A stretch of DNA of 64,000 bases from Clostridia bacterium (GTDB lineage: Bacteria > Bacillota > Clostridia > Christensenellales > Aristaeellaceae): the NCBI GenBank assembly GCA_017547805.1, contig JAFYOR010000064.1, positions 24,578-88,577 of the forward strand, written 5' to 3'. How positions within the stretch are numbered: the stretch's first letter is position 1; each line of letters opens with the position of its first letter. Below are positions 49,791 through 59,387 of this stretch, piece by piece. The notes under the pieces are model-generated. The model made no database searches. It had not been told where the DNA came from and saw only the letters and a program-made list of their open reading frames with translations. Made by a program: the position numbers and the translations under genes.

Positions 49791-50636
49791 ATGTCCATCC
49801 TGCACATCCCGGCCAATCCCGCCATGAACGGTCAGGCGCGCCTGACCATGAACGTCGTGTTTTCCGAGGCGACGGGCACGGCGCTTTCCTGCGCCATCCT
49901 CTCCCCGTGGAACGAGACGCCCGAAAAGCCGTATCCCGCAATCGTCTTCGTGCAGGGCAGCGCGTGGCAGTTCCCGGATATTGGTTATGAAATTCCGCAG
50001 CTCAGCCGCTACGCCCGCGCAGGCTATGTCGTGATGACCGTCACGCACAGGAACTGCCTTGAAGGCCATCCCTTCCCGGCATTTCTGGAGGATGTGAAGA
50101 CGGCTGTGCGCTTCCTGCGTGCCAATGCGGAAAAGTACCATGTCGATCCCGAGCGCATCGCCGTGTGGGGCACGTCCTCCGGCGGCAATACGTCCATGCT
50201 TGTGTCCATGACGGGCGACGACCCGCGCTACAACACGGGCGAATACGGCGGATATTCCGACGCCGTACGCTGCGCGGTGCAGTGCTTTGGACCGACGGAT
50301 ATCCTGACGCTCTTTGAGTATCATTTTTCCGGCGGAAACAGTGACCGCACGCTGGCCAATGCGCTCGCCGGCGAGCGGCCTTATGAAGAGGTTGCGCAGG
50401 AGATGAGCCCCTACCGCATCGCGGAAAAGGGAAAGAATTACCCGCCGATCCTGATGATTCAGGGCAACGCCGATCCGGTCGTGCCGTGGGATCAGGCAGA
50501 GATGATGTATGGCAAGTATCAGGAGGTCGGCGCGGACGCGCAGCTCATCTGCATCGACGGCGCGCCGCATGAAGGCCCCTTCTGGAGCGACGCGGTGCAT
50601 GATCAGATCATGGCGTTCTTCAAAAAGAATCTCTGA
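49791..50636 (+). CDS. alpha/beta hydrolase (esterase/lipase-type)
   Basis: Oxyanion-like VFVQGSAW, nucleophile elbow GTSSGG, C-terminal GNADPVVP and a His near the end. Confidence 0.8.
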   Translation: MSILHIPANPAMNGQARLTMNVVFSEATGTALSCAILSPWNETPEKPYPAIVFVQGSAWQFPDIGYEIPQLSRYARAGYVVMTVTHRNCLEGHPFPAFLEDVKTAVRFLRANAEKYHVDPERIAVWGTSSGGNTSMLVSMTGDDPRYNTGEYGGYSDAVRCAVQCFGPTDILTLFEYHFSGGNSDRTLANALAGERPYEEVAQEMSPYRIAEKGKNYPPILMIQGNADPVVPWDQAEMMYGKYQEVGADAQLICIDGAPHEGPFWSDAVHDQIMAFFKKNL

Positions 50637-50645
50637 TAAAACAAA

Positions 50646-50677
50646 CAGCGGGTGGCTGATAGCCGCCCGCTGTTTTT
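50646..50677. terminator. bidirectional terminator between hydrolase (+) and EamA gene (-)
   Basis: CAGCGGGTGGC-TGATA-GCCGCCCGCTG followed by TTTTT. Confidence 0.75.
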
Positions 50678-50682
50678 CTGCT

Positions 50683-51558
50683 TTACTTGCTTTCCTTTGG
50701 CGTCAGCTCGCTGATGAGCACCGCGGCAAAGATGATCACGAAGCCCAGCGCCATTTTCGCAGTAACCACTTCGCCAAGAATGATGCAGGAGAAAATCACG
50801 CCGAACACCGATTCAAGCGAGAGGAGTATGGAGGCGTGTGAAGCCGGCGCCATGCTCTGGCCGATGTTCTGCATGCTCATGGCGATGGTGGTGGAAAAAA
50901 CCGCCAGATAGAGCAGGCCGCCGATGCTGCCGGGGGTGAAGGACAGCGGCAGACCGCGCTCAAAGAGCAGATAATAGGAAAGCGCAAAGACCGCGCAGAA
51001 GGCAAACTGCAGCACGATCAGCGCGTAGGTATCGGTCTTTTTCTGGCAGCGCTCCACGGCGATGATGTGTCCGGCGAAAAGACCGCCGGAAATCAGCGTG
51101 AGGCCGTCGCCGATGTTCAGCCCGCCGCCTTCTCCGTCAAGGGACAGAAGGCCGATGCCGGCGAGCATCATGCCGGCGGCGATGAAATTGGCGCTGCGCA
51201 GCTTCTGATGGAAGAGTATGCAGCAGCAGAAGGGAACCAGCAGCACATAGATGCCCGTCAGGAACGCATTCTTTCCCGCCGTCGTATGCTGAAGGCCGAT
51301 GGTCTGAACGATATATGCCGCAAAGAGCATCGCGCCCACCAGCGCGCCGCGCATGATGTCGGCGGGGGTGAGGCCGCGCAGGTGTTTTCTGAAAAAGAGC
51401 GCCGTGAGCGTGGTGGCGATGGTGTAGCGCATGGTGATGATGGCCGCGGGAGAAAAGCTGTCCAGCGTGTTTTTGACGATGGCAAATGCGCTGCCCCAGA
51501 TCAGCGCCGTGGCAAGAAGAATGCCGTCGGCAAGCAGCTCGCGTTTGGTCATGTGCAT
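50683..51558 (-). CDS. DMT-superfamily (EamA-like) transporter
   Basis: About 10 TM helices in two EamA-like halves (LLATALIWGSAFAIVK...). Start at ATG 51558 after AAGGAAG; the longer track ORF lacks an RBS. Confidence 0.8.
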   Translation of the reverse strand: MHMTKRELLADGILLATALIWGSAFAIVKNTLDSFSPAAIITMRYTIATTLTALFFRKHLRGLTPADIMRGALVGAMLFAAYIVQTIGLQHTTAGKNAFLTGIYVLLVPFCCCILFHQKLRSANFIAAGMMLAGIGLLSLDGEGGGLNIGDGLTLISGGLFAGHIIAVERCQKKTDTYALIVLQFAFCAVFALSYYLLFERGLPLSFTPGSIGGLLYLAVFSTTIAMSMQNIGQSMAPASHASILLSLESVFGVIFSCIILGEVVTAKMALGFVIIFAAVLISELTPKESK

Positions 51559-51802
51559 AACAATACTTCCTTTATGAACTCTTCTGTTGTCTGATTTCAT
51601 TCTGAAACGACATTCTACCACAAATGGATAACAAAGAAAAGCTTTACACCCCCGATAATTTGGTGTATCATGAACATTAAGAGGCTGCTGCAGTCCGGCG
51701 GCGGCGTGATCATATGATGGGAAAACTGTCTTTACCGCCCGGAACCGTCCCTGAAGAGTGGGGATGGACGATGGGATTTCCTGATGAAAAGGAGATGCTG
51801 TT

Positions 51803-53002
51803 ATGGATAAGAACATTCCGATTCTGGTGCTTCCCGGCGAGGAAAAGCCTGAGCAGACCGAAGCTGCGCCGCAGGCGCAGGCTGCCGCTGCCGTTCAGGC
51901 TGCGCCTGAAGCCCCCAAGGCCGAGGAAAAGCCGATGGAGCCGGTCGACGCGAAGGACGATTCTCTGAATATTGAGAATCTTTCCGAGCAGGAGCGTGCC
52001 GCGGTGCTTGCTTTTGTCGACCGCATCGACGTCAGCGACAGCGAGACTGTTCTCAGGTACGGCAATGCTGCTCAGCAGAAGATTTCTCAGTTCTCTGACA
52101 AGATTCTGCAGGATGTGAAGACCAAGGATACCGGCGCGATTTCCGATATGCTTGCCGACCTTGTCGCCGAGCTCAAGGGCTTTGACGTGGACGAGAGCAA
52201 GAAGGGCGGCCTGTTTGGCCTGTTCAAGAAGGCCGGCACCAACATCGCTCAGCTCAAGGCAAAGTTTGAAAAGGTCGAAGAGAACATCGTGGAGATCGTT
52301 GCGACCCTTCAGGGCCATCAGAAGCAGCTGATTTCCGACTGCCGCATGCTTGACGAGCTGTATGCGCAGAATGAGCAGTACTATCATGAACTGACGCTTT
52401 ACATCATCGCGGGTGAAATCAAGCTTCGCCGCCTTCGCGAGGAGGAGCTGCCCACGCTGCTGGCCAAGGCGCAGGAGACGGCGGATCCCGCCGACGCGCA
52501 GGCTGCCAACGACTTCGCCCAGCTCATCGACCGCTTTGAAAAGCGCATCCATGACCTCAAGCTCACCCGCATGGTGTCCATCCAGATGGGTCCGCAGATC
52601 CGCCTGATGCAGAGCAACGACAATGTGCTCGCCGAGCGCATCCAGTCCACGATCGTCAACACCATTCCGCTGTGGAAGAGCCAGATGGTCATCTCCCTTG
52701 GCATGCAGCACGCCAACGAGGCGCTCAAGGCGCAGCGCGCTGTGACCGACATGACCAACGAGCTGCTCCGCTCCAACGCCGAGCGCCTGAAGATGGGCAC
52801 CATCCAGACGGCGAAGGAAGCCGAGCGCGGCGTGGTGGATCTGGAAACCATCCGCACCGCCAACACCGCCCTCATCGATACCCTTACCGAGGTGCAGAAG
52901 ATCCAGCGCGAAGGCGCGCTTAAGCGTGCCGAGGCGTCCATTGAACTTGGCCGCCTGGAGAAGGAGCTGCGCGACAAGGTGCTCTCCATTCACAACAGCT
53001 GA
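51803..53002 (+). CDS. telA: toxic anion resistance protein TelA family
   Basis: All-helical, 399 aa, with YGNAAQQKISQFSDKILQDVKTKDTG and downstream TelA-like segments. AAGGAGA RBS. Confidence 0.8.
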   Translation: MDKNIPILVLPGEEKPEQTEAAPQAQAAAAVQAAPEAPKAEEKPMEPVDAKDDSLNIENLSEQERAAVLAFVDRIDVSDSETVLRYGNAAQQKISQFSDKILQDVKTKDTGAISDMLADLVAELKGFDVDESKKGGLFGLFKKAGTNIAQLKAKFEKVEENIVEIVATLQGHQKQLISDCRMLDELYAQNEQYYHELTLYIIAGEIKLRRLREEELPTLLAKAQETADPADAQAANDFAQLIDRFEKRIHDLKLTRMVSIQMGPQIRLMQSNDNVLAERIQSTIVNTIPLWKSQMVISLGMQHANEALKAQRAVTDMTNELLRSNAERLKMGTIQTAKEAERGVVDLETIRTANTALIDTLTEVQKIQREGALKRAEASIELGRLEKELRDKVLSIHNS

Positions 53003-53020
53003 TTATTCTGATTCCAATAA

Positions 53021-53053
53021 AAGCCGTGAAGCAGGTCTGCTCCGCGGCTTTTC
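53021..53053 (+). terminator. hairpin+T-run between telA and the Abi gene (possibly a partial terminator)
   Basis: AAGCCG-18 nt-CGGCTT with an inner GCAG/CTGC stem, followed by TTTTCTC. Confidence 0.45.
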
Positions 53054-53070
53054 TCAAATCCGGAGGCAAT

Positions 53071-53958
53071 ATGGCAAGACAGCGTACGTATGCGCCCGTG
53101 AAGCCCGCGCGCAGCTACGAAGGACAGATTGAGCGGCTCATTCAGGCGCACGGCCTGACCATCGGCGATGCCAATCGTGCCCGGGAAATCCTTTCCACCG
53201 TCAACTACTACCGTTTGACGACCTATGGCAAGCATCTGCGCAGAAGCGACGACCCGGAGCGCTTTGCCGACGGCGTGTCGCTTGATACGCTCTATGCGCT
53301 GTATCAGTTTGACATGGGGCTGCGCCATGCGATTCTGCCGGTGCTGGAATTCTTTGAAATCCAGCTGCGCGCGAAGATCGCCTACCATCTGGCGATCACC
53401 TATGGCTCGCTCGGATACACGCAGGCGGAGAATTTCCGCGGCGACCGCCAGTCTCAGGGCTGGTTCAAGGACATGCACAACAAATTCCGCACGGAGGTGC
53501 GCCGCTGCAACGATCTGGCTTTTGTCCGCCATCACAAGGACAAATACGGCGGGAAGTTCCCCGTCTGGGCGGCGGTGGAGCTGTTTTCCTTCGGCATGCT
53601 CGGTCAGCTGTTTGCCATCATGCGGGAAAGCGACCAACGGGCGGTTGCCGGGGAATACGGCATGGACGCGGCGCGGCTTTCCGCGCTGATCGGCGCGGCA
53701 ATTGACGTGCGCAATATCTGCGCGCACTATAACCGTCTGTATAATCAGGCGATCGAGGACCAGCCGCAGCTTGGCGCGGAGCAGAAGGTGTATGAAAGCG
53801 ACAGGGTGTTCCCCACGATTCTGGCGCTGCGCGCCGTCGCTGGTCGGGAGCGCATCTGGCAGGAGATGAAGCAGTCGGTCAAGCGGCTGTGCGCGGAGTT
53901 CCCGCAGGCGGATCTTTCCCTGTGCGGCTTCCCGGAGAATTGGGAAGACGTCCTGTAA
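53071..53958 (+). CDS. Abi_2 (AbiD/AbiF-like) abortive-infection family protein
   Basis: LSTVNYYRLTTY, YALYQFDMGLRHAILPVLEFFEIQLRAKIAYHLA, FPVWAAVELFSFGMLGQLF and IDVRNICAHYNRLYN match the Abi_2 pattern. Start at ATG 53071 after GGAGG. Confidence 0.8.
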   Translation: MARQRTYAPVKPARSYEGQIERLIQAHGLTIGDANRAREILSTVNYYRLTTYGKHLRRSDDPERFADGVSLDTLYALYQFDMGLRHAILPVLEFFEIQLRAKIAYHLAITYGSLGYTQAENFRGDRQSQGWFKDMHNKFRTEVRRCNDLAFVRHHKDKYGGKFPVWAAVELFSFGMLGQLFAIMRESDQRAVAGEYGMDAARLSALIGAAIDVRNICAHYNRLYNQAIEDQPQLGAEQKVYESDRVFPTILALRAVAGRERIWQEMKQSVKRLCAEFPQADLSLCGFPENWEDVL

Positions 53959-53980
53959 TCAGCAAAAGAATCGGCATAAT

Positions 53981-54012
53981 AAAAGGGAGGAGATGATCTC
54001 CTCCCTTTTGTT
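53981..54012. terminator. bidirectional terminator between Abi gene (+) and gluQ (-)
   Basis: GGGAGGAGA-TGA-TCTCCTCCC with flanking A-run and T-run. Confidence 0.8.
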
Positions 54013-54049
54013 GTATATAGGAGCGTGTGGAATCGCAAGCGAAGCGCAC

Positions 54050-54991
54050 TTATTCCCGCTTCGTCAGCTCCGCGGGCAGGCGCATATCCTGCGTCTTTAC
54101 GTTCTTCCAGTCAAAGACGCGCGTCAGCTCCTCAAGCGTTACGCTGCGCCATTCATTAAGCACGCCGCACGTATAGGCCAGCATGCCCAGCAGCTGCTGA
54201 GGCGTATAGCGCTTTGAAAGCTCGTCAAGGCTCAGATCCTTGTCCCGCTTGGCAAGCCGCCGCCCTTCGCTGTCCATGAGCAGCGGGATGTGCGCGTACT
54301 GCGGCACGGAAAAGCCGAGCGTGCGCAGCAGATGAATCTGGCGGGGCGTGGAGGCGAGGATGTCGCGTCCGCGCACAACCTCGGTCACGCCGCTGAGCGC
54401 GTCGTCCACGACGGCCGCCATCTGATAGCCAAAGAGTCCGTCCGAGCGGCGGATGATGAAGTCGCCGGTTTCCCTTGCGAGGTTTTCGCTGAAAGGGCCG
54501 TAGTGCCGGTCGGTAAAGCTGACCGTCTCATCCGGCATGCGCATGCGCATGGCAGGCCGGCGCGTCTTTGCATGCTCGGCGATCTCTTCGGGGGTCAGCG
54601 CTGCGCAGGTTCCCGCATAGACGGGCTCCCGGTCGCCGAGGTTCGGCGCCTGCGCGGCATGCAGCTGCGCGCGGGTGCAGAAGCACGGATAGATCAGCCC
54701 GAGGTCGTCAAGCCGATCAAAATACCGCTGGTAGATTGCCGTGCGCTCGCTTTGAAAAAGCGGCGGTTCATCCCACGAAAAGCCCAGATATTCAAGATCC
54801 GCGATGCACTGATCGGAAAGCCTTTTCGGGCAGCGCGGCACATCGACGTCCTCGATGCGCAGCAGGAATCTGCCGCCCGCGCTGCGTGCGGAAAGATAGG
54901 AAAGCAGCGCGCACAGAAGGTTGCCCAGATGCAGCCGCCCGCTGGGCGTGGGCGCAAAGCGGCCAACAGGCTGCGTGCATGGCGCGCTCAT
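54050..54991 (-). CDS. gluQ: tRNA glutamyl-Q(34) synthetase (GluQRS)
   Basis: GRFAPTPSGRLHLGNL (HIGH-type), RIEDVD and the class I catalytic core, with no anticodon-binding domain (313 aa). Confidence 0.85.
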   Translation of the reverse strand: MSAPCTQPVGRFAPTPSGRLHLGNLLCALLSYLSARSAGGRFLLRIEDVDVPRCPKRLSDQCIADLEYLGFSWDEPPLFQSERTAIYQRYFDRLDDLGLIYPCFCTRAQLHAAQAPNLGDREPVYAGTCAALTPEEIAEHAKTRRPAMRMRMPDETVSFTDRHYGPFSENLARETGDFIIRRSDGLFGYQMAAVVDDALSGVTEVVRGRDILASTPRQIHLLRTLGFSVPQYAHIPLLMDSEGRRLAKRDKDLSLDELSKRYTPQQLLGMLAYTCGVLNEWRSVTLEELTRVFDWKNVKTQDMRLPAELTKRE

Positions 54992-55290
54992 GCGTCCATG
55001 ATCGGCGAGCGCGCGCCGGAGGATTTCTTTGCGCCGTCGGGCATGATCAGCTCAATCTCCAGCCTCTCAAAGTCGACGCTTTCGGTGAAATGCTCGCGGG
55101 CATAAAACGTCCGTCCGAAGCGTTCAAACTCGCGGTTGTGCTTGGGCAGCTGAATGGGGCGCTGGACGTCAAAGCGGCGGCAAAGCTCAAGGAAGGCTTC
55201 CTCCATGTCGTCGTCTTCGATGGTCACCGTTTCGTTTTTGAAGATCCTGTGGTTTTTGATGATCCGGCCCCAGAGGCGGTTTTTATCCAT
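54988..55290 (-). CDS. hypothetical 100-aa protein translationally coupled to gluQ
   Basis: AAGGAGA RBS before ATG 55290. Its stop overlaps the gluQ ATG. No family recognised. Confidence 0.6.
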   Translation of the reverse strand: MDKNRLWGRIIKNHRIFKNETVTIEDDDMEEAFLELCRRFDVQRPIQLPKHNREFERFGRTFYAREHFTESVDFERLEIELIMPDGAKKSSGARSPIMDA

Positions 55291-55432
55291 GATTGTCTCC
55301 TTTACGCAGGCGGGAAAATACGCTATAATGAGGTGCCGTTTCGGCATTGGCGATACATAATCACAAAAGAGCGCGCCGCCGGCAGCATGCCGGCCCGCTC
55401 ATTGTACTGGATGAAAGGGAATTTGTAAAGAG

Positions 55433-56245
55433 ATGCGGCTCACACTTTGTCCGTTGTTTTCCGGCTCGTCGGGAAACTGCATTTATGTTGCCTGCGGCGG
55501 CGTCCGGCTGCTGGTGGATGTGGGCATGGCGGCTTCACGCATCGAGGCGGAGCTGCGGGAGATCGGCGTGGATATCCGCGATCTTGACGCGGTGCTCATC
55601 ACCCATGAGCATGTCGACCATATCCGGGGAATCGGCGTGCTGTGCCGCAAGTATGGTCTGCCGGTTTACGCCAACGAGGGCACGTGGAACGGGATCATGG
55701 CCAAAGACAGCCGCATTCCGGCGCGCTGCATGCGCACGTTTTTTACCGGCGAGGATTTCTATATCGGCGATGTGAACATTCATCCCTTTTCCATTCCGCA
55801 TGACGCGCTGGAGCCGGTTGGCTATGCCTTTTCCTGCAAGGGGCTCAGGTGCGCGGTGGCGACGGATATCGGACATATCCGCGCGGACTGGATGGAAGCG
55901 GTGGCGGGCAGTCAGGCGATTGTCCTTGAAGCCAACCATGATATCGATATGGTACACATGGGTCCCTATCCGCAGCGGCTCAAGCAGCGGATTCTGGGCA
56001 GGCATGGCCATCTCAACAACACGGATTGCGCAAAAGCCCTGCTGGAGCTGGTGAAAACCGGCACACAGGCGGTTTTTCTTGCGCATTTGTCCAATGACAA
56101 TAATTTGCCGGAATTGGCATATAATACTGTATGCGAGGCGCTGAAAGCGGCAGGATACGACGCGGACGATGAAATCTGCGTCCATGTCGCCAGACGCGAC
56201 AGGGTGTCTGATCTGCTGATTCTGGATACCGGCGATCCGGCCTGA
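55433..56245 (+). CDS. MBL-fold metallo-hydrolase (YycJ/WalJ-like)
   Basis: SGSSGNC, ITHEHVDHIRG and GHLSN-like motifs. About 270 aa. Confidence 0.82.
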   Translation: MRLTLCPLFSGSSGNCIYVACGGVRLLVDVGMAASRIEAELREIGVDIRDLDAVLITHEHVDHIRGIGVLCRKYGLPVYANEGTWNGIMAKDSRIPARCMRTFFTGEDFYIGDVNIHPFSIPHDALEPVGYAFSCKGLRCAVATDIGHIRADWMEAVAGSQAIVLEANHDIDMVHMGPYPQRLKQRILGRHGHLNNTDCAKALLELVKTGTQAVFLAHLSNDNNLPELAYNTVCEALKAAGYDADDEICVHVARRDRVSDLLILDTGDPA

Positions 56246-56284
56246 TGCGCGCCTTGCGCAAATGAGCCCATCAGGAGGCATGGC

Positions 56285-56551
56285 ATGGTCAGGAAAATCA
56301 CGCTCAGGCTGACAAAAGAGGACGCCGGGGAGCTGGCGTATCTTTCATCCGCAGTCGGCTATCCGCCGGAGCTGGCGGCGTTGTATGCCGTGCGGCTGGT
56401 GAGCGCATGCGTGAAAGAGGGGCTGTTTGCCGATATGCCGGGCAGCGCATGGCCGCAGGAAGCGCGGCTGCCGGGCCTTTTTGACACGGGAACGGGCGGG
56501 AAAATCCTCGCCTTCAAACGGGACGACCGGGAAGAAGAGGCGCATGTATAA
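56285..56551 (+). CDS. hypothetical small protein (possible ribbon-helix-helix N-terminus)
   Basis: AGGAGG RBS 6 nt before the ATG. KITLRLTKEDAGELAYL looks like an RHH strand-helix. Confidence 0.5.
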   Translation: MVRKITLRLTKEDAGELAYLSSAVGYPPELAALYAVRLVSACVKEGLFADMPGSAWPQEARLPGLFDTGTGGKILAFKRDDREEEAHV

Positions 56552-56600
56552 TGGCGCGCCTTTCTGCGCAGACTTGTTTTCGCAGAAAGGAGTGGATCAG

Positions 56601-56834
56601 ATGGATCGTCTGTCCCTTGCGCTGGTGATTGTCGGCGCGATCAACTGGGGCCTTGTCGGCCTGTTTCAGTTTGACCTGATTGCCTTCCTCTTCGGTGGTC
56701 AGGCTTCCCTGCTTTCCCGCGTGCTGTATTCCATTGTGGGCGCGGCCGGCCTTTGGAGCATTTCGCTGCTGTTCATGGGCCGTGAACGCGACAGGGATGA
56801 AAAGCATCTGCGCGCCGACGGCGCCGGAGCGTAA
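56601..56834 (+). CDS. DUF378-family small membrane protein
   Basis: LALVIVGAINWGLVGLFQFDLIAFLFGG matches the DUF378 signature. AAAGGAG RBS. Confidence 0.8.
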   Translation: MDRLSLALVIVGAINWGLVGLFQFDLIAFLFGGQASLLSRVLYSIVGAAGLWSISLLFMGRERDRDEKHLRADGAGA

Positions 56835-56852
56835 AAACCCAGCTGAAGAAAA

Positions 56853-56904
56853 CCCCCGTTCATGCGGCGCACCGCCGCTGTGAACGGGGTGAAATTTTGT
56901 TTTC
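56853..56904 (+). terminator. terminator after the DUF378 gene
   Basis: CCCCGTTCA ... TGAACGGGG stem with an inner GC hairpin, followed by a T-rich tract. Confidence 0.55.
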
Positions 56905-57038
56905 AAAAACCGTCGATTTCCTCTGTCATATCCCATGGTGATGGTGTATAATAAAGCGGTAAGATGGATGCTCTGCTTTATTGTGATGCGCAGAGCGGAC
57001 ATTCAGCCTGAAGCCGGATGGGAAAGGGGGAGTCTGCC

Positions 57039-57929
57039 GTGAACGATATTGCCGGGCAGGTGTCTGCAATTATCTGGAATATCTTCAATCGGCCGCGTCT
57101 GGTGGACGTCATTGACATCCTTCTGCTGACTGCGGTGATTTATTATGCGCTGACGCACGTGCGCCATACCCGCGTATCCCAGACGATCAAGGGCATCGCG
57201 ATCCTGCTGCTGGCGACGTGGCTGTCTGACGCCATCGGCATGCGCACCGTTCATGCGCTGCTTTCCTGGCTGATCAACGCCGGCCCTGTGCTGCTGATCG
57301 TGCTTTTCTCGCAGGAAATCAGGCGAATCCTGGAAGAACTGGGCCAAAGCAGCGTGCTGGATACCGCTGCGCGCCTGCGCCAGACCGACAATTCCGAGAT
57401 GATTATCGACGAGCTCGTGCTTGCCCTTGAGCGGATGTCCCGCCGCCGCGTCGGCGCGCTGATCGTCTTTGAACGCAAGATTCTCCTCAATGACGTCATC
57501 GCCACCGGTACGCATGTGGACGGCGCCGTTTCCCAGCCGCTGCTTGAAAATATCTTTGAACCCAACACGCCCCTGCATGACGGCGCGGTCATCATCCGCG
57601 GCGACCGCGTGATGAGCGCGGCATGCCTGCTGCGCCTGTCGGATTCCACGGGCGTGGGACGCGACCTTGGCACGCGCCACCGCGCCGGTCTTGGCATCAC
57701 CGAGGTCAGCGATGCGACGGTCTTTATCGTTTCCGAGGAGACGGGCATCATTTCCATGGCGGAGGGCGGTCATCTGGTCAGGCATCTTGACGAGGCTTCC
57801 ATGCGCCGGATCCTGCATGGCATTTACGACAAGGAAACCAAGGATCTGCGCCTGACCATGCCTAAACTTCAGCTCAAGGGAAGGAGGCGCGTCAAGCATG
57901 ATGAACAGCAGACCGACAAAAAAGCCTGA
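57039..57929 (+). CDS. cdaA: diadenylate cyclase CdaA (three N-terminal TM helices + DAC domain)
   Basis: GALIVFE, HDGAVII, GTRHRAG and IVSEETG motifs. GTG 57039 follows AAGGGGGA; ATG 57018 is the alternative start. Confidence 0.9.
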   Translation: MNDIAGQVSAIIWNIFNRPRLVDVIDILLLTAVIYYALTHVRHTRVSQTIKGIAILLLATWLSDAIGMRTVHALLSWLINAGPVLLIVLFSQEIRRILEELGQSSVLDTAARLRQTDNSEMIIDELVLALERMSRRRVGALIVFERKILLNDVIATGTHVDGAVSQPLLENIFEPNTPLHDGAVIIRGDRVMSAACLLRLSDSTGVGRDLGTRHRAGLGITEVSDATVFIVSEETGIISMAEGGHLVRHLDEASMRRILHGIYDKETKDLRLTMPKLQLKGRRRVKHDEQQTDKKA

Positions 57930-59226
57930 GACGCGCGGGCCTTTCAAGAGCCTTCGCAAGAGCATCGGCCGGATTCTTTCCAGCAATGCGTTTCTGCTGA
58001 TCGTATCCTTCCTGACCGCGCTGCTGACGTGGGGCGTTCTGGTCGCCTCCGACGGCACGCTGATGCGGGAAAAGACGCTCAATAACGTTTCCGTCAGCGT
58101 CAGCGGCGAAACCGCGCTGCGCACCCGCGGCTATGTTGTCATGGACGATATCAAGGCGCTGCTGCCCGGCATCAAGATGAATGTCGAAGTGACGCAGAGC
58201 AATTACAGCCGCGTGACGGGCGCTTCCTTCAACCCGCATATCGACCTGACCGACGTGACGGGCGTGGGCGAAAACGAGCTGCAGGTCAGTTTCGGCACGA
58301 CGGCGTACGGCCGCGTGCTTTCCTGCGAGCCCAAGAGCATCACGGTGAATGTCGACCGTTACATCACAAGGCGCGTGCCCGTCCTGCTTTTGACCCATGG
58401 TCAGATTCCTGACGGCCTGTATATGGACAGCGCGAAGAGCGATCCGAGCAGCCTGTCCATTTCCGGTCCGCAGTCTATCGTTTCCACCATCGCGCGCGTT
58501 GTGGCCCGCGCGGATCTTTCCCAGATGAGCGCCGAGCGCATGAGCGACCGCATTTCGGTGCCCATCGAGCTGCAGACGACGTCGGGCGAGGTGATCGTCT
58601 CGGACAAGGTGCAGGTCACCAACCAGTCGGTCATCACCGATACGGTCATCGTGGAGGTGGAGCTGCTGCCCATCCGGGAGATTCCGCTTGCGCTTGACGC
58701 CTTTGTTACCGGCGAGCCTGCGCAGGGCTATGAACTCTATGCCGTTGAACCGGCGCAGACGCATCTTTCCGTTTCGGCGAAGCAGGAGGTGCTCGACGCG
58801 CTGGAGTACCTGACGACGGATAATCCGCTGAACATCAGCGGCGCGACGCAGGACGTCGCGGGCATGATCCGCCTTAAACGGCCTACAGGAATTGAAAACG
58901 GCGTTCCCTACGACGTGAGCGTTACGGCGAAAATCCGCGAAAAGGTGATCGAACGCACGTTCCGCTCGGTGAACGTTGAAGTGATGGGCGTGGATGAAGC
59001 GATGAGCGCCACGCTTGACAAAAAGCAGCAGACTGTTCAGCTCAGCGGCGGCTATGGCTTCATCTCCGCGCTTGAAAAGGACGAGATTCGCCTGTTTGTC
59101 GATGCGGCTGGACTTGCGCCGGGCGAATACACGCTTCCGGTTCAGATCGATATTGATAACGCGCCGGAATTCTCCTGTGCGCTGAGCGCGCCGGAAATTC
59201 TGGTGACGATCAGCGAAAAGCCGTAA
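57898..59226 (+). CDS. cdaR: CdaA regulatory protein CdaR (YbbR-repeat protein)
   Basis: N-terminal TM helix, then four YbbR-like beta repeats. It overlaps the cdaA 3' end by 32 nt, as is typical. Confidence 0.85.
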   Translation: MMNSRPTKKPETRGPFKSLRKSIGRILSSNAFLLIVSFLTALLTWGVLVASDGTLMREKTLNNVSVSVSGETALRTRGYVVMDDIKALLPGIKMNVEVTQSNYSRVTGASFNPHIDLTDVTGVGENELQVSFGTTAYGRVLSCEPKSITVNVDRYITRRVPVLLLTHGQIPDGLYMDSAKSDPSSLSISGPQSIVSTIARVVARADLSQMSAERMSDRISVPIELQTTSGEVIVSDKVQVTNQSVITDTVIVEVELLPIREIPLALDAFVTGEPAQGYELYAVEPAQTHLSVSAKQEVLDALEYLTTDNPLNISGATQDVAGMIRLKRPTGIENGVPYDVSVTAKIREKVIERTFRSVNVEVMGVDEAMSATLDKKQQTVQLSGGYGFISALEKDEIRLFVDAAGLAPGEYTLPVQIDIDNAPEFSCALSAPEILVTISEKP

Positions 59227-59284
59227 ACGGATGAAAGACGGCGTCCGGGAAACCGGAAAAAAGAAGCGGAACATCGCTTAACAG

Positions 59285-59318
59285 ATTCCGGCCGCCTGAT
59301 CGCGACCGGAATTTTTTT
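59285..59318 (+). terminator. terminator after cdaR
   Basis: ATTCCGG-14 nt-CCGGAAT followed by TTTTTTT. Confidence 0.65.
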
Positions 59319-59387
59319 GAAAGAGCATATGAATGGTTTTCTGAACGATTTTCTCAATGCTGGAAGGATCTGAAAGGGGGAGAACAC

